The notes below the pieces were generated by a model. That model was not told where the DNA came from and searched no databases. It saw nothing but the letters and a program-made list of their open reading frames with translations. Positions 27,049 through 35,183 of a stretch of DNA of 64,000 nt are shown one piece after another. Source of the stretch: a virus. The stretch lies in the IMG/VR virus record IMGVR_UViG_3300043688_000007; one strand, given 5' to 3'. The position numbers and the translations under genes were made by a program. Positions within the stretch are counted from its first letter, which is position 1. Each line of letters starts with the position of its first letter.

Positions 27049-28373
27049 CTAATTATGGCGCGGTACTCGATACGCGGCTTGCCCTTCGCGCCGGTACGAA
27101 CCTTGCGGTGCATGATGAGTCCCTGCTCCTCAAGGTCGTCGAGGATCGGAGCCGACGGGGTGTTGTTGCTGAGTACGTCGGCAGTGATCTCCGCGCCAGA
27201 TGCCCAGGCATCGTCTTCGGCCTCAAGGTCGCCAGCAGCAACCTTCTCGTCGGCCTCGGTAGCGATCTGTAGCAGGAAGTCGTACACCTTGCCTTCCTGG
27301 AGCGGGCTGATACGCGGCTTGGGGTCGTCCGGCACCGAGAAGATACGCCGCGCGGAGAACATACAGAACTCCACCAGAGCCATCGCCGCCTTGACGTGAG
27401 GCCAGCCGATTTCCGGTGCGCAGTCCGCGAGTGCGTAGAGCAGAGCTAGCCTGATGACTTGAGTCTGCGCTCGGGCCGTGTACCGCGCGTAGTCCTCGCC
27501 TACAGCGTCGGCTATCTCTTCGATCTCAGGACCGATCTCATCCATCCAGCGATCCGCGACGTCATCGGCGATCGGGAACTTGGTCTTGGGAGCGATCCCG
27601 CGCATCTCCGCGAGGGCAGCGCTGATCGGGTCGGTGTTCAGCAGGATGCTATCCCACGCGTGGTTGATAGCTTCCTTGACCTCATCGGCCAGATGCTTCT
27701 TGCTGTTGTCGACCGCGAACGGATCGGTCCTGGTGACCCGCGCGGGCGCGGAGTAGAAATACAGCATCCGGCTTTCGAGCCCGCCCGTTAGCTTCTGTAG
27801 CGCGAGTAGCTCGCCCGGCGTGATCATGCCGACGAGGCTAATCATGTACTGGGTAGCGATCAACGGGGCCTGCTTGACCCTCTTGGCTGACAACGTCGAG
27901 CCGTCGTACGCGGTACGCATGCGCGGGCCGAACTTGCGCTGAGCCGACATGGCCGAAATGAACCTGCCGAACTCTTCCTCCAGGATCAGCATACGCGGGT
28001 CACCGTTTGGTGAGTCCGACACCTGCTCGATCATTGCCTCTGACGACTGGAGCCCGGACTCGATGTCATTCGCTGCCCACTCCGGTTCGGCTAGGCCCAG
28101 CAAAGCCTTGACTGCGTTCCATGCTGTACCCTTACGACCGCGAGCCCACTTGCCGACGATTAGCGTGAACAGCGCGCCAGGCTCGTCGTGCTCAAAGAAC
28201 TGGACGTGCGGCTGCCTGCCTATCGCGTTGCCGAAGCCCGTCATGAACATACCGAGGATCGAGGCCGGATCAGCGCCGGTCGTCTCGGAGAGCTTCAGCG
28301 CGACCTTGCCCGGAAGACCGTACAGCGCGTCGTCCGGGAGAACTGGCCTCAGAAGCTCGTCTCTAGTTGGCAT
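27036..28373 (-). CDS. DUF3987-like NTPase (helicase/loader-like), paralog 1
   Basis: IVGKWARGRKGTAW P-loop-like segment and LILEEEFGRF Walker-B-like segment. General resemblance to DUF3987 proteins and to 36395..37690. Confidence 0.55.
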   Translation of the reverse strand: MPTRDELLRPVLPDDALYGLPGKVALKLSETTGADPASILGMFMTGFGNAIGRQPHVQFFEHDEPGALFTLIVGKWARGRKGTAWNAVKALLGLAEPEWAANDIESGLQSSEAMIEQVSDSPNGDPRMLILEEEFGRFISAMSAQRKFGPRMRTAYDGSTLSAKRVKQAPLIATQYMISLVGMITPGELLALQKLTGGLESRMLYFYSAPARVTRTDPFAVDNSKKHLADEVKEAINHAWDSILLNTDPISAALAEMRGIAPKTKFPIADDVADRWMDEIGPEIEEIADAVGEDYARYTARAQTQVIRLALLYALADCAPEIGWPHVKAAMALVEFCMFSARRIFSVPDDPKPRISPLQEGKVYDFLLQIATEADEKVAAGDLEAEDDAWASGAEITADVLSNNTPSAPILDDLEEQGLIMHRKVRTGAKGKPRIEYRAIISSLR

Positions 28374-28400
28374 TTACCCTCCCTCCGAGGTTTGCCTTTT

Positions 28401-28453
28401 CGATAGTTTCGATAGTACCCTCTATTCTACCGTACGGACGGCCGAAAGTCGAA
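28401..28453 (-). promoter_or_regulatory. Class I promoter TTCGAC-N18-TAGAAT followed by operator-like 17-mer
   Basis: On the - strand: CGATTCGACTTTCGGCCGTCCGTACGGTAGAATAGAGGGTACTATCGAAACTATCG, then the RBS GGAGGGAGGG. Confidence 0.55.
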
Positions 28454-28471
28454 TCGTACGGGCAACCATTT

Positions 28472-28594
28472 TTACGGCTTCCACTGGCGGTAGAATATCA
28501 CGAGCCAGAGGAACAAGCCGACGCATATCACCGCAGCTCCGAGCCCGAGTAGCTCTGGCCATAGAGGCCTGGTCTTTCCGTGCTTGCCCATCAT
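28472..28594 (-). CDS. Small membrane protein (40 aa)
   Basis: MMGKHGKTRPLWPELLGLGAAVICVGLFLWLVIFYRQWKP. ATGATG overlap with the endonuclease VII stop. Confidence 0.45.
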   Translation of the reverse strand: MMGKHGKTRPLWPELLGLGAAVICVGLFLWLVIFYRQWKP

Positions 28595-29490
28595 GCATCC
28601 GTTCTCTCGATCGAGTACGTATATGACTGATCTTTGCCCCGGCCGTGGTAGAGGATTCGGACCACGCCGGTCGGGGTGGTCATGCGGGCCTTGCCGTTCT
28701 CCCATGCCTTATTCAGTGCGGACTTAGACCTGCGCTCGCTGATGCCGTACTCGTCCATCAGGAGCTTGAGCGCTACGTCTTGTGCGAAGCGCGGATCGGA
28801 CTCTGTTACCTCGAACAGCCCGGTCTGATTGCGCGGCTCACGGAGGTAGCGGACGATGATCGTTGCACCCTTCACCTGCCTTGGTACCTGGCCTACTCCG
28901 CGCGCCTGTTCAAGTATTCTCTGGGCGCGCTTCACGCTCATGCTGTACTCAGTCACGAGGAACGTGGCCACGTCATATCCCGGTCCCTTGAACACGACCT
29001 CGCTATACATTAGTGCCTCTCTTGCTGGTGGTTCCAGTAGGTAGCTGGCTATGGACTCGAAGACCTCAGGATCATCGCCTGCGCGGCCGATCCACTCATT
29101 GTGCATAGCGCAGGTGAGCCCGCGTACGCAGGCCCTGCACCACTTGCGCGGATCATGATTGCGACTACACTTGTGGTCGTGCTCGACCGTCAGGTGCTTG
29201 CTCTTCCCGGTAGCGCGGCAGTTATGGATACAGCACTTGCCGCCCTGCATCTTGTACAGGAACCAGTAGTCGTCGGATGTGAAGTCCTCGGACTCGATGC
29301 GCTTGTCGTGCGCTCGCCGCCTCCGCGCTGTGCGGTTAGTCTGCTCGCACCAACCGCACAGCCGCTTGTTAGCCTGGAGACGACCCTTGGACAGGTTGCG
29401 CTTGCACTGGATGCACTTGCGAGGCTTAGTCTTTGATGTACCTGACTGCATCGAACTCCCGACCCTTGTCATCCATGTGGTTGCCATCAT
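28591..29490 (-). CDS. Endonuclease VII-type Holliday junction resolvase with C-terminal extension
   Basis: GGKCCIHNCRATGKSKHLTVEHDHKC...VRGLTCAMHNEWIG matches the Endonuclease_7 pattern (C..C...DHDH..RGLLC..CN..G). Start uncertain (M1/M7/M14). Confidence 0.8.
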   Translation of the reverse strand: MMATTWMTRVGSSMQSGTSKTKPRKCIQCKRNLSKGRLQANKRLCGWCEQTNRTARRRRAHDKRIESEDFTSDDYWFLYKMQGGKCCIHNCRATGKSKHLTVEHDHKCSRNHDPRKWCRACVRGLTCAMHNEWIGRAGDDPEVFESIASYLLEPPAREALMYSEVVFKGPGYDVATFLVTEYSMSVKRAQRILEQARGVGQVPRQVKGATIIVRYLREPRNQTGLFEVTESDPRFAQDVALKLLMDEYGISERRSKSALNKAWENGKARMTTPTGVVRILYHGRGKDQSYTYSIERTDA

Positions 29491-29572
29491 GGTTCTTGAG
29501 CAGGATGCACATGTTGTGCTCGGTGTACGGCCAGGCGAAGTGTAGGCAGTACCTGATGTTGCTCTCCATCAT
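29426..29572 (-). CDS. Hypothetical small protein (48 aa)
   Basis: MMESNIRYCLHFAWPYTEHNMCILLKNHDG... ATGA coupling to the upstream ORF. Overlaps the listed endonuclease VII start. Confidence 0.35.
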   Translation of the reverse strand: MMESNIRYCLHFAWPYTEHNMCILLKNHDGNHMDDKGREFDAVRYIKD

Positions 29573-29739
29573 GGCCTCGTGAACAGTTGGTGCTCGTGGT
29601 CGGTCGGCATGCCCTCCGTGGTTCCGGTCCATGGCCAATACCACGCGCCAGTACCCTCCATGTGAGCGCAGCAGAGCTTGCAGTGCTTGATGTGGAGCCG
29701 GTCGTCGCCGCACAGCGGGCAAATGAACTCGTCGTTCAT
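29569..29739 (-). CDS. Small zinc-ribbon-like protein (56 aa; below ORF-track cutoff)
   Basis: MNDEFICPLCGDDRLHIKHCKLCCAHMEG... ATGA overlaps at both ends. Confidence 0.45.
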   Translation of the reverse strand: MNDEFICPLCGDDRLHIKHCKLCCAHMEGTGAWYWPWTGTTEGMPTDHEHQLFTRP

Positions 29740-30215
29740 AGCTCGATCAGCTCGAAGTCTTCGGTGGCGAGTATGTCCTTGTTGGGGCTGTCGTCGACCT
29801 CGTCAGCCAGACCGACGTAGCCCATGTACTGTTCCGTCTCGATGTCGACACCGTTGAAGTGGAGCCGAGCGGGGAACTGATAGTCGTGCGACGTGACCTC
29901 GTCCCTGATGATCCAGCGGAAGCCGGTCGTCTCGTTGCACTTGCCGCACCACGGCGGCCATGCTGGCGGCGGCTCGTACGAGAACATGTGGCCCTTCGGG
30001 CACTGCCACGCCCCGTCGGGCACCTTCCACGAGAGGTAACAGTGCTTGGTGCTGGTAATGTTGGTGACCATGAACCCAGCCTCAGCTGATGGGTCACGCC
30101 GAGCGCGGATTGATTCTAGCAGTATCCACTCGATGTCCATTGTTCGTCCTCTCGGGCATTCTGGCGTCAGGTCGTGGGCAACGTAGATGTCGGCCTCACA
30201 TAGTTTACAGCTCAT
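29736..30215 (-). CDS. Hypothetical Cys-rich protein
   Basis: Start MSCKLCEADIYV after AGGAGG. ATGA overlap with the upstream stop. Confidence 0.55.
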   Translation of the reverse strand: MSCKLCEADIYVAHDLTPECPRGRTMDIEWILLESIRARRDPSAEAGFMVTNITSTKHCYLSWKVPDGAWQCPKGHMFSYEPPPAWPPWCGKCNETTGFRWIIRDEVTSHDYQFPARLHFNGVDIETEQYMGYVGLADEVDDSPNKDILATEDFELIEL

Positions 30216-30955
30216 TCTGCTTCCCATCCTCCTGGGGCGTTGGCGTTGAGGGCATCCCACTCGTCGAGCTTGCCCTTTAGACTGGCGCAATGGCGGCCAA
30301 GCTTGAGCACGCTGGATGCGTAGAGCGTCAGGCTCCTGTTACAGTTGTAGCAGGTCTTGAATCGCATGGAGTACATGATGCCGGCGTTCTCGATGCCGAA
30401 GTCCTTGATGGCGTTGATCGCCTCGATCGCGGGACGGCCGTTGAGTGGCTCATCGGCATGGCCGCCGACTACGCTGTCGATGAAGGTCCAGCCTGCGTAG
30501 GGGCCGTGACCCTTCTTGACCTTGACCCAGTAGAACAGCAGCTCGCCGGGCCGCTCGGGGTCAGGCACTGCGTAGTAGCCTGGTTCGCAGTCTGGGAGCC
30601 GCTTCCGCGTTGGCTCGCGGACCTTGCCGGGCATGTTCTTCTTGCTGGGGTCGAGCAGTACGCCGTCGGGCAGGGAGTAAGGCTTGTTGGTAGCCTTGAG
30701 CCTCCGCGCGTCGATCAGCCCGGACAGGATTTTCTTGCCTTCCCTGTAGCTGATCTTGTTGATCTCGGTCTGGCTATCTGCGAAGACCAAGCCGAACTGC
30801 CGCATCAGGTCACCGAGAAACTTCTGCTGTCCCATCGACAGGAACTCGTACACTTCCTGCTCTGGCTGTTTGCCATCTTGCTGCTGCTCTGCGCACTCGC
30901 GAGCTTCCGCTACCTTGTTGTGGGTCTTTCCGCAATGGCCGCATTTAAATGCCAT
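30212..30955 (-). CDS. Hypothetical protein with N- and C-terminal zinc-ribbon motifs (DUF6011-like C terminus)
   Basis: MAFKCGHCGKTH... and ...CYNCNRSLTLYASSVLKLGRHCA resemble the C-x2-C-G-R-x-L-T...G-x-G-P-x-C motif recalled for DUF6011. Confidence 0.5.
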   Translation of the reverse strand: MAFKCGHCGKTHNKVAEARECAEQQQDGKQPEQEVYEFLSMGQQKFLGDLMRQFGLVFADSQTEINKISYREGKKILSGLIDARRLKATNKPYSLPDGVLLDPSKKNMPGKVREPTRKRLPDCEPGYYAVPDPERPGELLFYWVKVKKGHGPYAGWTFIDSVVGGHADEPLNGRPAIEAINAIKDFGIENAGIMYSMRFKTCYNCNRSLTLYASSVLKLGRHCASLKGKLDEWDALNANAPGGWEAE

Positions 30956-31021
30956 CGTCGCCTCTTCTAGACTTGTACTCCCGCCGGTCTTTCCGGCCGC
31001 GTAGGAGCGTACGCCTACGCT

Positions 31022-31053
31022 AGTATAACGTACGAAACGCCGGATTTATTCCC
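31022..31053 (-). promoter_or_regulatory. Class II 32-nt promoter-like block
   Basis: On the - strand: GGGAATAAATCCGGCGTTTCGTACGTTATACT. Near-identical blocks at 45207-45238 and 47426-47457. Confidence 0.5.
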
Positions 31054-31064
31054 GGCCCCTGCAG

Positions 31065-31250
31065 TTACGTCAACTCGTTCCGAGCGAGGGTAGCCATGTC
31101 TATGATCTCGTCGAGTAGGCGTGAAGCCTTTTTGCCGTTCTCCTCGGTGTCCCAGCCCTCGGCGTTGAAGTGATCACGCACCAAGAGAAGGAGGTTCTTG
31201 GCCTTGATGTTCATGGCGCGCAACAGCTTGGCCTTCTGCTCCTTGTTCAT
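31065..31250 (-). CDS. Hypothetical protein (61 aa)
   Basis: MNKEQKAKLLRAMNIKAKNLLLL... ATGA overlap with the upstream stop. Confidence 0.5.
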   Translation of the reverse strand: MNKEQKAKLLRAMNIKAKNLLLLVRDHFNAEGWDTEENGKKASRLLDEIIDMATLARNELT

Positions 31251-31621
31251 TCGGGGCCTAGTTCCTTGTTGATCTCCTGGTCGATGTAGTTTGCGATGGT
31301 GCGGTGCATCTCCGTGCCGTACGTGACGCGCGGGTCGGGCTCGTCCATAGGCCAGGTACGCGGGTCGCGTCTGAGCATGCTCTTGGCGAGCATACGCATC
31401 GGCCACTCTGCGAGCAGGGCCCAGATACCGTACCGCCATGTTGGTGCCGGGCGTCGGCCCCTGATGTTAGCGGTGCGATGGCCTCCGCACGATAGGCAGC
31501 GCGCGGGCGGGCGCCAGACATCGTGGGTGTCGTCGTTGTGCCATTCTTCGAATGACTCCTTGTGCGGGACGCGGCCGGATTCCAGATCATTGCTGGAGGC
31601 TGCGTCTCCCCATGTTGACAT
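31247..31621 (-). CDS. Hypothetical protein
   Basis: 124 aa, coding-like (MSTWGDAASSNDLESGRVPHKESFEEWHNDD...). Confidence 0.55.
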   Translation of the reverse strand: MSTWGDAASSNDLESGRVPHKESFEEWHNDDTHDVWRPPARCLSCGGHRTANIRGRRPAPTWRYGIWALLAEWPMRMLAKSMLRRDPRTWPMDEPDPRVTYGTEMHRTIANYIDQEINKELGPE

Positions 31622-31854
31622 AACATGTTCTCCCGGATTTTGATAGTAAAGTTGCGGGTGCCGCGATTATGCGTCTTAACGCGGAGCATTGTCTCGGTCG
31701 GGCTGATGACGTGGGCCTCGATGTAGTCGATGTTCATGGACGTATTTGCCTGACTCGGCGCGTACTTGACGAGATGGTCTTGCACGAAACGGGAGAGCAT
31801 GTTCTTGATCGGGTCGAGAGTGCGCGGCCTAGGTCCGCGATTGCGGTAGACCAT
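31258..31854 (-). CDS. ORF whose first ~77 codons look coding but which has no stop before running out of frame through 31247..31621
   Basis: MVYRNRGPRPRTLDPIKNMLSRFVQDHLVKYAPSQ...FTIKIREN is protein-like. The remainder is R/S/T/P-rich junk. See findings. Confidence 0.3.
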   Translation of the reverse strand: MVYRNRGPRPRTLDPIKNMLSRFVQDHLVKYAPSQANTSMNIDYIEAHVISPTETMLRVKTHNRGTRNFTIKIRENMLCQHGETQPPAMIWNPAASRTRSHSKNGTTTTPTMSGARPRAAYRAEAIAPLTSGADARHQHGGTVSGPCSQSGRCVCSPRACSDATRVPGLWTSPTRASRTARRCTAPSQTTSTRRSTRN

Positions 31855-32066
31855 TATGGCTTCTCTCCGAGCGGTGGTGCAGGCTCTAGCTTCGTGACTG
31901 GGTGATAGCTTGTCAAGGCCGCGAGAGAGACCATGTCGATCATTGAGTTCGGCGGCACCGGATCGGGTAGATGAGTGACGCGGAGAAGGACTGTCGAGTT
32001 GGGCGATGTCGTGAAGATGGCGGTGCCGTCATCCTCGTTGATGGTGAGTATGCCGTGGTACTGCAT
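31854..32066 (-). CDS. Hypothetical protein
   Basis: 70 aa. TAATG overlap with the downstream start. Confidence 0.45.
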   Translation of the reverse strand: MQYHGILTINEDDGTAIFTTSPNSTVLLRVTHLPDPVPPNSMIDMVSLAALTSYHPVTKLEPAPPLGEKP

Positions 32067-32299
32067 AAGTGGTGGGCTCCTGCCGTGTACTGATGTGAGT
32101 AGGCTTCGGTTCGCGAGTTGGGTAGGCGACTGATGGTGATGGTTTGCCCGACGTGTTCCCGGTCGCAGTGGACGTGCATGACCGTGATGATGTCCTTAGC
32201 TGAGCTGACCTCCTCATGTAGTTGCTTCGGGTCGTGGGCGTAGCAGACGAGGTACCATCTGCTCTTGCCCTGGTACTTGGCCGTGATGAGGTTCTCCAT
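31940..32299 (-). CDS. Hypothetical protein; 3' ~127 nt overlap next gene out of frame
   Basis: MENLITAKYQGKSRWYLVCYAHDPKQLHEEV... is coding-like. The tail is junk-like. Confidence 0.4.
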   Translation of the reverse strand: MENLITAKYQGKSRWYLVCYAHDPKQLHEEVSSAKDIITVMHVHCDREHVGQTITISRLPNSRTEAYSHQYTAGAHHLCSTTAYSPSTRMTAPPSSRHRPTRQSFSASLIYPIRCRRTQ

Positions 32300-32300
32300 G

Positions 32301-32435
32301 TCACCCCGCGATAGCTGCCGTGACCTGACAGATGCCCCAGCCGATGATTAGGCCGCGAGTGTTAGGGCTGACAGCGAACGCTAGGACGCCAGCCCAGTAG
32401 CCGATCATGGCCCACTTCTGACATCGCCAGTCCAT
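32301..32435 (-). CDS. Small membrane protein (44 aa)
   Basis: MDWRCQKWAMIGYWAGVLAFAVSPNTRGLIIGWGICQVTAAIAG. TGATG overlap with the upstream stop. Confidence 0.45.
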   Translation of the reverse strand: MDWRCQKWAMIGYWAGVLAFAVSPNTRGLIIGWGICQVTAAIAG

Positions 32436-33628
32436 CAGAACCTCGCACTTGCTATCTGGTGGTCGGTCATCTGCGTCTGGCGAACGTACTGGGCGAGGGC
32501 GTGCTGGAGAATCGACATGATGTCTTCGCACACACCGTAGTTCGTGTTGGGGATGGTGATGTGGACGGTAGCGAGCCCGGCCTGGTCTATGGTGACGCCG
32601 CCTTCGCCGGTGATGGCGATGGACTGCATGCCCATCTCTCGGGCGCGCTGGAGCGCTGCTATAATGTTGCGGCTCTCGCCGCTGACGGAGAACACGACGA
32701 GCACGTCATCCTTGTGGCCGAACTGTTCGAGCTGCCAACTGAAGATGCCGTTGTATCCGATGTCGTTTGCGAGCGCGGTAGTGAGAGCGTGGTTAGCGCA
32801 GAGGCTATGAACGTTGCGGTAGAGCGTGTCGACCGCGGCCATGTGCTTGGCGTGGTCGGTCGCCATGTGATCCGCGATGGCGGCGGCTCCACCGTTGCCG
32901 GCGGCGAAGACATAGCTGCCGTCGCTGTACGCCTTGTACAGGATGTCGGCGGCGTGCTCGACGAGCTTCTTGTCGACACGGCTAAGCGAGAGCGTAACCT
33001 CATCCGAGTAGTGGAGTAGGTAGCTGAGGATGCCTGAGTAGTTGTTGATCGGGAACTCGCTTGTGGACACGCCTGTGATCCTCTCGATGATATGAGTTGC
33101 GGCTTCGGCTAGGCTGTGGAAGTGGGGGACGACGGGGTGTAGCGCTGGGGGAGGTTCCGCGCCGAGGTATGCGCAACGCATGCCGCATCGGCGGGCCATC
33201 TCGACGTCAGTGATGCGGTCGCCTACCACCCAGCTGTCGTGCTGTTCTAGGTGCAGGTCCCTGATTGCGGCCAGGGCCATGCCCGGATTCGGTTTGTGGT
33301 CGTAGCTCTCCCGGGCGAATTCAGGATCGGAGCCTTCGGGGTGATGCGGGCTGAAGTAGAACGCATCAACGTGCGCTCCGTGTCTGGCTAGTTCTTGGTT
33401 GATGTAGCGGTTGACGGCATAGACCTCGTGGAGCGTGTAGAAGCCCCGCGCAACGCCACCTTGATTCGTGACGATAGCGACGGGGATGCCAGCCTGGTTG
33501 AAGCGACGGATCGCATCGATGGCGCCCGGTATGAATTGGACGCGCTCGATCCTGCCGACGTAGTGATAGTCCTCGACAATGGTGCCATCACGGTCGAGCA
33601 GGACGCCAGGCTTGCTACGAGTCGACAT
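32435..33628 (-). CDS. Bifunctional GmhB-like HAD phosphatase / GmhA-like SIS sedoheptulose-7-phosphate isomerase fusion
   Basis: N half: LLDRDGTIVED...VTNQGGVARG...HKPNPGM...VGDRITD (HAD-IIIA, heptose-1,7-bisphosphate phosphatase pattern). C half: VFAAGNGGAAAIADHMATD...VLVVFSVSGESRNIIAALQRAREMGMQSIAITG (SIS/GmhA pattern). Confidence 0.85.
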   Translation of the reverse strand: MSTRSKPGVLLDRDGTIVEDYHYVGRIERVQFIPGAIDAIRRFNQAGIPVAIVTNQGGVARGFYTLHEVYAVNRYINQELARHGAHVDAFYFSPHHPEGSDPEFARESYDHKPNPGMALAAIRDLHLEQHDSWVVGDRITDVEMARRCGMRCAYLGAEPPPALHPVVPHFHSLAEAATHIIERITGVSTSEFPINNYSGILSYLLHYSDEVTLSLSRVDKKLVEHAADILYKAYSDGSYVFAAGNGGAAAIADHMATDHAKHMAAVDTLYRNVHSLCANHALTTALANDIGYNGIFSWQLEQFGHKDDVLVVFSVSGESRNIIAALQRAREMGMQSIAITGEGGVTIDQAGLATVHITIPNTNYGVCEDIMSILQHALAQYVRQTQMTDHQIASARF

Positions 33629-33992
33629 TCACGTACTCCTGTATCTCTGCGATCGGGCCGTGGCTGGTACGGTCGCCGATGTAGATTGGCTCGTCGTTGT
33701 CGATGGCCTTGTCTATTGCTTCGATGGTTGTCTGGTCTGCGACCGTGACTAGGTATATCTTCATTCGGGTGGACCGCCTTGGCTGCCAGGTGGTTCGACC
33801 GGGTAGTTGGGGACTAGGTGCAGGTACCATAGAGCTATATACACGTCCTCCGATACGTGCCGCTTGATCCATAGGTCCAGCTTCATTGGGTACAACGGGA
33901 TGCCTCCTGACTTCGCGTCGTACGTACATGGCCATGAGCATGATGGCGGCGAGTGCGATGCTGGTAACGATGATTGGCCAGTCAGGTTGCAT
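33615..33992 (-). CDS. Membrane protein; possibly two fused or adjacent products
   Basis: N-terminal TM WPIIVTSIALAAIMLMAMYV. An in-frame internal start MKIYLVTVADQ... could give a separate 49-aa product. Confidence 0.45.
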   Translation of the reverse strand: MQPDWPIIVTSIALAAIMLMAMYVRREVRRHPVVPNEAGPMDQAARIGGRVYSSMVPAPSPQLPGRTTWQPRRSTRMKIYLVTVADQTTIEAIDKAIDNDEPIYIGDRTSHGPIAEIQEYVNVDS

Positions 33993-33994
33993 GG

Positions 33995-34204
33995 CTACAG
34001 CCTCTCGTCGCCCGTGCCGAAGGAGCTTGGGAGGTTGAGCACGGGTATCTCTTCGAGCTGCCAGTCCGGATGCTGAGCGACCTTGTCAGCGAACTTCTGG
34101 GCGTCCTCTTCCGTTATGAATGGGCCGAACAGATGGAGCCCAGCATTCTTGATACGCCGGTTCCTCTTGTAGGCGGTTACGACGTATGGTCCATCGCTCA
34201 TCAT
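33995..34204 (-). CDS. Hypothetical protein (69 aa)
   Basis: MMSDGPYVVTAYKRNRRIKNAGLHLFGPFITEEDAQKF... ATGA overlap with the upstream stop. Confidence 0.55.
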   Translation of the reverse strand: MMSDGPYVVTAYKRNRRIKNAGLHLFGPFITEEDAQKFADKVAQHPDWQLEEIPVLNLPSSFGTGDERL

Positions 34205-34473
34205 TGCGGCACGCCTTCCTCGCTGAAGAAGACTGATAGCTGGCCGGGGATGACGTGAGCGTCGATCAATGTCTGGTAGCTCGCCTGGCTTAGCCAGACA
34301 CGACGGTATCCGCGTGGGGCGTCGGCGGTCACTGCGAACGAGGAACCGTTGGGGTGTCCAGGCCCGGCTTTGACCAGCATGCTGATGATGTTCTGTGCCG
34401 TGTGAGATGGAGCCTGAATGTAGTAGGGGAAACACTCGGGTAGTGTCGTTATGTATGGCCGAACCATTTGCAA
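34201..34473 (-). CDS. Hypothetical protein
   Basis: 90 aa. First gene after the promoter-like box at 34499. Confidence 0.55.
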   Translation of the reverse strand: MQMVRPYITTLPECFPYYIQAPSHTAQNIISMLVKAGPGHPNGSSFAVTADAPRGYRRVWLSQASYQTLIDAHVIPGQLSVFFSEEGVPQ

Positions 34474-34497
34474 CCTGCCTTTCGCGCGTTCGTACGT

Positions 34498-35037
34498 CTA
34501 TCTTACCGTACGAATCGCCCGCGCGGAAGCCCCCTTTGCAGCTCGTTCGGGCGCGCCCCATGCAGAGTCGCGGAGCTTATCATCTGCATTCGCCCGTCGT
34601 ATGAATGCGAGCGCGTGACGTTCGGACATGGGCATGTCCGGGTCGCCTTTGAGATTGGTGACAGTCTTGTACGCGAGGGTACTGGATTGGCGGAAGAACT
34701 TACAGAGGACGTAGCTCGTCTCGCAGCAGAACATGATGCGTTCGGCGGTAGGCGAAACGTTTTCAGAGTTGGTGAGAGGTATGATCAATGCTACTGGGAA
34801 AAATTCTCGGGAAGCATCTGCTACTGCCAGGGCTTGCGCTGTGAAGCTGCCCTCTTCCGTGAATGTCTCCTTGTATACGATCCGCGCTGCGGTCGCGCCG
34901 TAGATGGACGAGCGCGGGATGCCTAGGATGGTGATTTCTGATGCGCCGTCTGGAGCGCTGTTTGACCCGGTTGATGTATCGCCCGGGACTATGCCCATGA
35001 CGTAGAGAGTGTTGCCGCTCACAATGCCTGCCTTCAT
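34498..35037 (-). CDS. Hypothetical protein
   Basis: 179 aa. First gene of the leftward unit diverging from the PrimPol island. Confidence 0.55.
   Translation of the reverse strand: MKAGIVSGNTLYVMGIVPGDTSTGSNSAPDGASEITILGIPRSSIYGATAARIVYKETFTEEGSFTAQALAVADASREFFPVALIIPLTNSENVSPTAERIMFCCETSYVLCKFFRQSSTLAYKTVTNLKGDPDMPMSERHALAFIRRANADDKLRDSAWGAPERAAKGASARAIRTVR
34499..34528 (-). promoter_or_regulatory. Class I-like promoter (CGTACGG-TAAGAT)
   Basis: On the - strand: GCGATTCGTACGGTAAGAT. Confidence 0.4.
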
Positions 35038-35183
35038 CGTGATTGATAACTGCTATATTCTGTTGGGCTAGCGTTCGGCTCCCTCCCGTAGTAGACTCGT
35101 ACGAATCGACTCTTCGCCCGATGATTCGATATGTACTTCAGCTTGCTGGACCCGGGCCTTTTTGCAACCTGGTCTGCGACCGA

